In this document: positions 60,334-64,000 of the stretch, piece by piece
Layout: the number at the start of each line of letters is the position of its first letter
How positions within the stretch are numbered: position 1 is the first letter of the stretch
Assembly: GCA_964016885.1 (NCBI GenBank)
Contig: OZ024743.1
Location: 248,930,001-248,994,000 of the forward strand
Direction: 5' to 3'
From: Eledone cirrhosa
Lineage: Eukaryota
DNA length: 64,000 nucleotides
Notes under the pieces: generated by a model
Told to the model about the DNA's origin: nothing
Database searches by the model: none
The model's input: only the letters and a program-made list of their open reading frames with translations
Position numbers and translations under genes: made by a program

Positions 60334-61155
60334 TGCAACTCAAGCTAGCTGTGGACAAGTGCACCACCATGCATTTTGGGAGTAAAAACCCAGCGTCCAC
60401 ATACTCCCTCCACAGCACTAATATCAAGAAGTCTTCCTGTGAACGTGACCTGGGCATTACGGTCAGCAGCGATTTGCGTTGGACGAGGCACGTCTCTAAA
60501 ATTGTCAAGAGGGCCGAGGGTGTCTTATCATCACTCAGCAAGACCTTTGTCAGCCGCTCTCCAGATATCTATTTAAGGCTGTATACAGCTATGGTGCGAC
60601 CACACTTAGAATTTGCATCACCAGTCTGGAACCCCTATCTTGCTCAGGACATTGACCGCCTGGAAACTGTTCAGAGACGTGCAACCAAGCGCATACCCTC
60701 CATCAGGCATCTACCATACTCTGAGCGCCTTGCTTCCCTGGGCATGGATTCATTGAAGCTCCGACGCCTGGCAACTGACTTGGTAAACACCCACAAAATT
60801 GTTAACCATGTTGCCAACAACAACCCTGAGTACCTTTTTGATTTCCATGTGTCTAACACACGTGGACATGCCCACAAAGTAAGAAAACAGCACAGTTCCC
60901 ATGACTTTCGGAAACATTTTTTCACGCTCAGAGTTGCTGAAGCATGGAACAAACTACCTGCATCAGTTGTTAGCGGTCGAGACACTGCATCCTTTAAGGC
61001 CTCCATGCTTCCCGAGATCCGCCAACACTACAGCTAACACATACACACATGTACTTCCCTGACATTTGTGTATTATTCTATGTACTATATTGACGAGTTG
61101 TAGTGCACCTGAGCACTTTACACAATAATTTCATTATATTATATTATATTATATT
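60334..61155 (+). mobile_element. 5'-truncated CR1-clade LINE of the same family (ORF 60333..61037)
   Basis: The 234-aa ORF is highly similar to the C-terminal half of ORF 42574..44094; same 3' terminus ...gtgcacctgagcac...ttcatt followed by (ATATT)n. Confidence 0.92.
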
Positions 61156-61229
61156 TAAAGTTGATCTGAGGCAAAACGAATTAGTTAAATAAAGGCATGA
61201 ATGGAGTAAATTGGTGTTTTACTAAGAAT

Positions 61230-61663
61230 GTTTCACAAACGAATTCAAAGATTCCGCCTCCGTCGACGAAATAGTAGTTCTTGCAAGCTGAAGTATATTT
61301 TGGCTCTGAAGAGGATGGCAAGTCTTTGTATTGCAAGCTTTGCTATGTTAGAGATGCGTGATCGTCAAGGGAGATCAATAATTTGTGAGTTGAAATTGAT
61401 GGGCGAAACTGTGCAGACACTCGTTGTGTCGGTTGTAAATAAAAACTATTTAACAAATCGATGGAATGAATACTGGGATTGATGTGATGAACTAACAATC
61501 GCCAAAGCATTCAAATTTTGGCCGTATTCCAATGATCTACGATAATTTTAAGTTTATTTTGAATGTCAAATGTTATCCTGTATTAACACACGAATCAAGA
61601 GAAACAACTCTCAAAGGCTTTATTAGTAAAGGGAGTTAATCATAAGTGAAAGATGGCGGCGGC
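61230..61663 (+). promoter_or_regulatory. Putative promoter/5' UTR of the DEX1-like gene
   Basis: Locally CpG-richer than the CpG-depleted surroundings (by eye); AAGATGGCGGC, a YY1-type motif, overlaps the ATG. Confidence 0.4.
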
Positions 61664-63674
61664 CATATCACGTTCACTTATTTACATCTGGTTATCAGCT
61701 ATTATTTTCACTTTAGATCAAATACTTTTTGCAGTTTCCTATGATTCCGTTGACTCCTTTAAACAGGATTGTGGCTATGATATTCATAAAATCTGGATAC
61801 GTGAAGTTGCTAATACTCTTTTTGCTGCACCTCCTTTAATAGCTGATGTAAATGGAGACGGCAGATTAAATATAGTCGCAGCACCTTTCTCAGAGAGTAT
61901 TACTGTTTTGGATGCACAAACCGGACAACATATGCCAGACTCTCTTTGGCCAGTTCAGAATCTTCACAGTTCAATATATGCTAGTCCTTTACAATATGAT
62001 GCTGACGGTGATGGTATGTTAGATTTGTTGTTTTGTACAAGCTCCGGAGAGTTAATTTTCTACACATCCAATGGCACTCGAATGAAAAAACACCACCAAC
62101 TACCATCCTCATACGTTCTAAAAACCTGGTATAAGAAAGTAATTATTTCTTCATCCGATAAAATTTCTAATTATGTGAAAGCAGAAGTGTCATTAGGAGC
62201 TAAATCTGCTTATGTTCCTGTATCACCACACGTCCTAGCAACACCGGTCATAGCTGATTTAAACAGAGATGGTCGAAGGGAAGAAATTGTAATACCTGTC
62301 AGTTATTTCTACGATGAAGATGAATATAGAGCAGCTGAACATTTCAATACCGAAAAGAAAAATATTTCACTCACAGAACTAGAAAAATATCTTGTTGGTG
62401 GTATTGTTTATTTCAATTTAACTAATATGCAAATTATGGATACAGTCTTCCTTGAGTTATCGCAGTTGACAGCTAATTTCCCAGCTTACATTATCTTTAC
62501 TCCAACTGTGATTGATTTAGATAGCGATGGCAGTCACCTGGAGACTATTACTGGCACATCATCTGGAAAACTATATGTAATTGATGCTAATAGTATTGTT
62601 AGAAGCGGTTTTCCCATACCATTTGATACCATACACGGACAAATAACAGTCGGAGATGTTAATAGTGATGGTATGCTGGAAATTATTGCTGTCGACACTG
62701 GCGGTAACATTGCCTGTTTGGATAAATTGGGTAAAACATTATGGGAATCAGAAATATCAGGAAATTCTTCTCCGGGAACTCGTCTTGCAGACATCAATGG
62801 TGATGGACAAATGGACATCGTGGTAACAACTGATGTTGGTGATATTTATGTACTACATGGCAATAATGGTAGTGTTTTTAAAGGGTATCCTTATCACCTG
62901 AACAGCCCGATTCATGCTAATGCCCTTCTCGGTTTAATTCATGATGATACAAAAGCATTGTTTTTTGCCCTTACTGAAGATGGAAATATGCACATATTGG
63001 GTCCAGATACAGAATGTCGTTCACATTTTAATATTGGAGAGACGTCCCTTGTTCAAACACTATCACACGATCTGGTGCCTCAGACAAACAATATGGAACT
63101 GTTAGCTGCAACCAGAGATGGTACCCTGATATGTTTAAGTGTTTCTCAGAATTTTATGGATGATAATGAAGATTATGGAATAGACATTGCCAAACTGACA
63201 GCACTCCCATCAGAGACCAAAACTCCAAACGATTTCACATATCTTTTGCACAAACCTTCAATTGAAGTTAATAGCCATACGAAGGAAATGAAAGATATTA
63301 TGGGGAGTTCTTTTAATTTAGAATTCCAGATTATTGATCCTATAACTTATGACAAAACCAAGAAGTTCACAGTTCATGTTTACTATGGCAGTAATTTGTT
63401 AACTTCCTCGGTTTATAAAGAGGCTGGTCATTATTCCTTATCTGTGCCAGTTTGGTTAGAACCAAGTCAGGGACATATAGTTGTGACAATGACTAATCAT
63501 CATGGACAGATATTTGAAGATAGTTTTCCTGTTAAATTTAATAAACTTATCTTACATGATCTCCAATGGCTCCTCATCAGTCCCTTTGTTGCCATGGCAA
63601 TAATATTGTTAGTCATTCATGGTTTCCCTGTTAAAGACCTTCTTCCCCTGACAAACAAAGACAAAAATCGCTGA
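61653..63674 (+). CDS. DEX1-like (DEFECTIVE IN EXINE FORMATION 1-like) FG-GAP/beta-propeller type I membrane protein; uninterrupted CDS
   Basis: 673-aa ORF with an N-terminal hydrophobic signal, six D-x-[DN]-x-D-G Ca-binding FG-GAP-type motifs (DVNGDG, DADGDG, DLNRDG, DLDSDG, DVNSDG, DINGDG) and a C-terminal TM (WLLISPFVAMAIILLVI). The blocks HVLATPVIADLNRDG..VSYFYD, FPAYIIFTPTVIDLD and GDIYVLHGNNGSVFKGYPY match plant DEX1 as I recall it; not searched. Confidence 0.85.
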   Translation: MAAAISRSLIYIWLSAIIFTLDQILFAVSYDSVDSFKQDCGYDIHKIWIREVANTLFAAPPLIADVNGDGRLNIVAAPFSESITVLDAQTGQHMPDSLWPVQNLHSSIYASPLQYDADGDGMLDLLFCTSSGELIFYTSNGTRMKKHHQLPSSYVLKTWYKKVIISSSDKISNYVKAEVSLGAKSAYVPVSPHVLATPVIADLNRDGRREEIVIPVSYFYDEDEYRAAEHFNTEKKNISLTELEKYLVGGIVYFNLTNMQIMDTVFLELSQLTANFPAYIIFTPTVIDLDSDGSHLETITGTSSGKLYVIDANSIVRSGFPIPFDTIHGQITVGDVNSDGMLEIIAVDTGGNIACLDKLGKTLWESEISGNSSPGTRLADINGDGQMDIVVTTDVGDIYVLHGNNGSVFKGYPYHLNSPIHANALLGLIHDDTKALFFALTEDGNMHILGPDTECRSHFNIGETSLVQTLSHDLVPQTNNMELLAATRDGTLICLSVSQNFMDDNEDYGIDIAKLTALPSETKTPNDFTYLLHKPSIEVNSHTKEMKDIMGSSFNLEFQIIDPITYDKTKKFTVHVYYGSNLLTSSVYKEAGHYSLSVPVWLEPSQGHIVVTMTNHHGQIFEDSFPVKFNKLILHDLQWLLISPFVAMAIILLVIHGFPVKDLLPLTNKDKNR

Positions 63675-64000
63675 TAGTGGTGGTTACATTTTTATTCTGA
63701 AAATTTTGTTACATTCCTAAAACATTCAAAATTTCTTCATATCGTTGCAAACACCAAACATCAGATTGAATATATTTAAAAAAATGATAATTTATTGCTA
63801 TTTTAAATTAAACCAGTTTTCAGTAATTTACTCTATAATTATACAAATGTTTTTTTAAATTTTATCTTGTGCTCATTGAGGACTTAAAGATCTGTTTATT
63901 AAACATTCACATGACATTATTAATTATGAAAGGTGGATTTGAACTCAGAATGAGCCAGTATTTGTTCTGAGGTCAACTTTGCCTTTCATCCTTCCGAGGT

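Noticed and set aside
61653-63674. Bacterial contaminant or prokaryotic FG-GAP gene
   Set aside because: It is contiguous with host repeats on both sides, is AT-rich like the host exons, has a Kozak-type start, and has no operon context.

Overview
AT-rich, repeat-dense eukaryotic (animal) genomic DNA, not prokaryotic. The repeat landscape (RTE LINEs with (GAT)n tails, tRNA-derived SINEs, TTAA MITEs) resembles an octopus/coleoid cephalopod genome; this assignment is an inference. About 40 kb is a + strand ANKRD27/VARP orthologue (VPS9 domain, two CHPLCxCxxC zinc fingernails, two ankyrin blocks). I reconstructed it by hand as 23 GT-AG coding exons (757..39940, 2757 nt, 918 aa plus stop). The first coding exon lies upstream of the window, and a probable 3' UTR exon starts at 45114. 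A candidate 30-nt frame-preserving microexon (30283..30312) sits in the 10-kb intron. The introns hold a nearly intact RTE LINE (APE, RT, PHD-like finger, one nonsense codon), 5'-truncated RTE copies sharing a 3' UTR built of 48-nt repeats, CR1-clade LINEs, SINEs with long TSDs, and hAT, piggyBac-like and Tc1/mariner-like MITEs. At the right end is a 673-aa FG-GAP membrane protein gene with an intronless CDS, resembling plant DEX1. No CRISPR, rRNA or true tRNA genes were seen.
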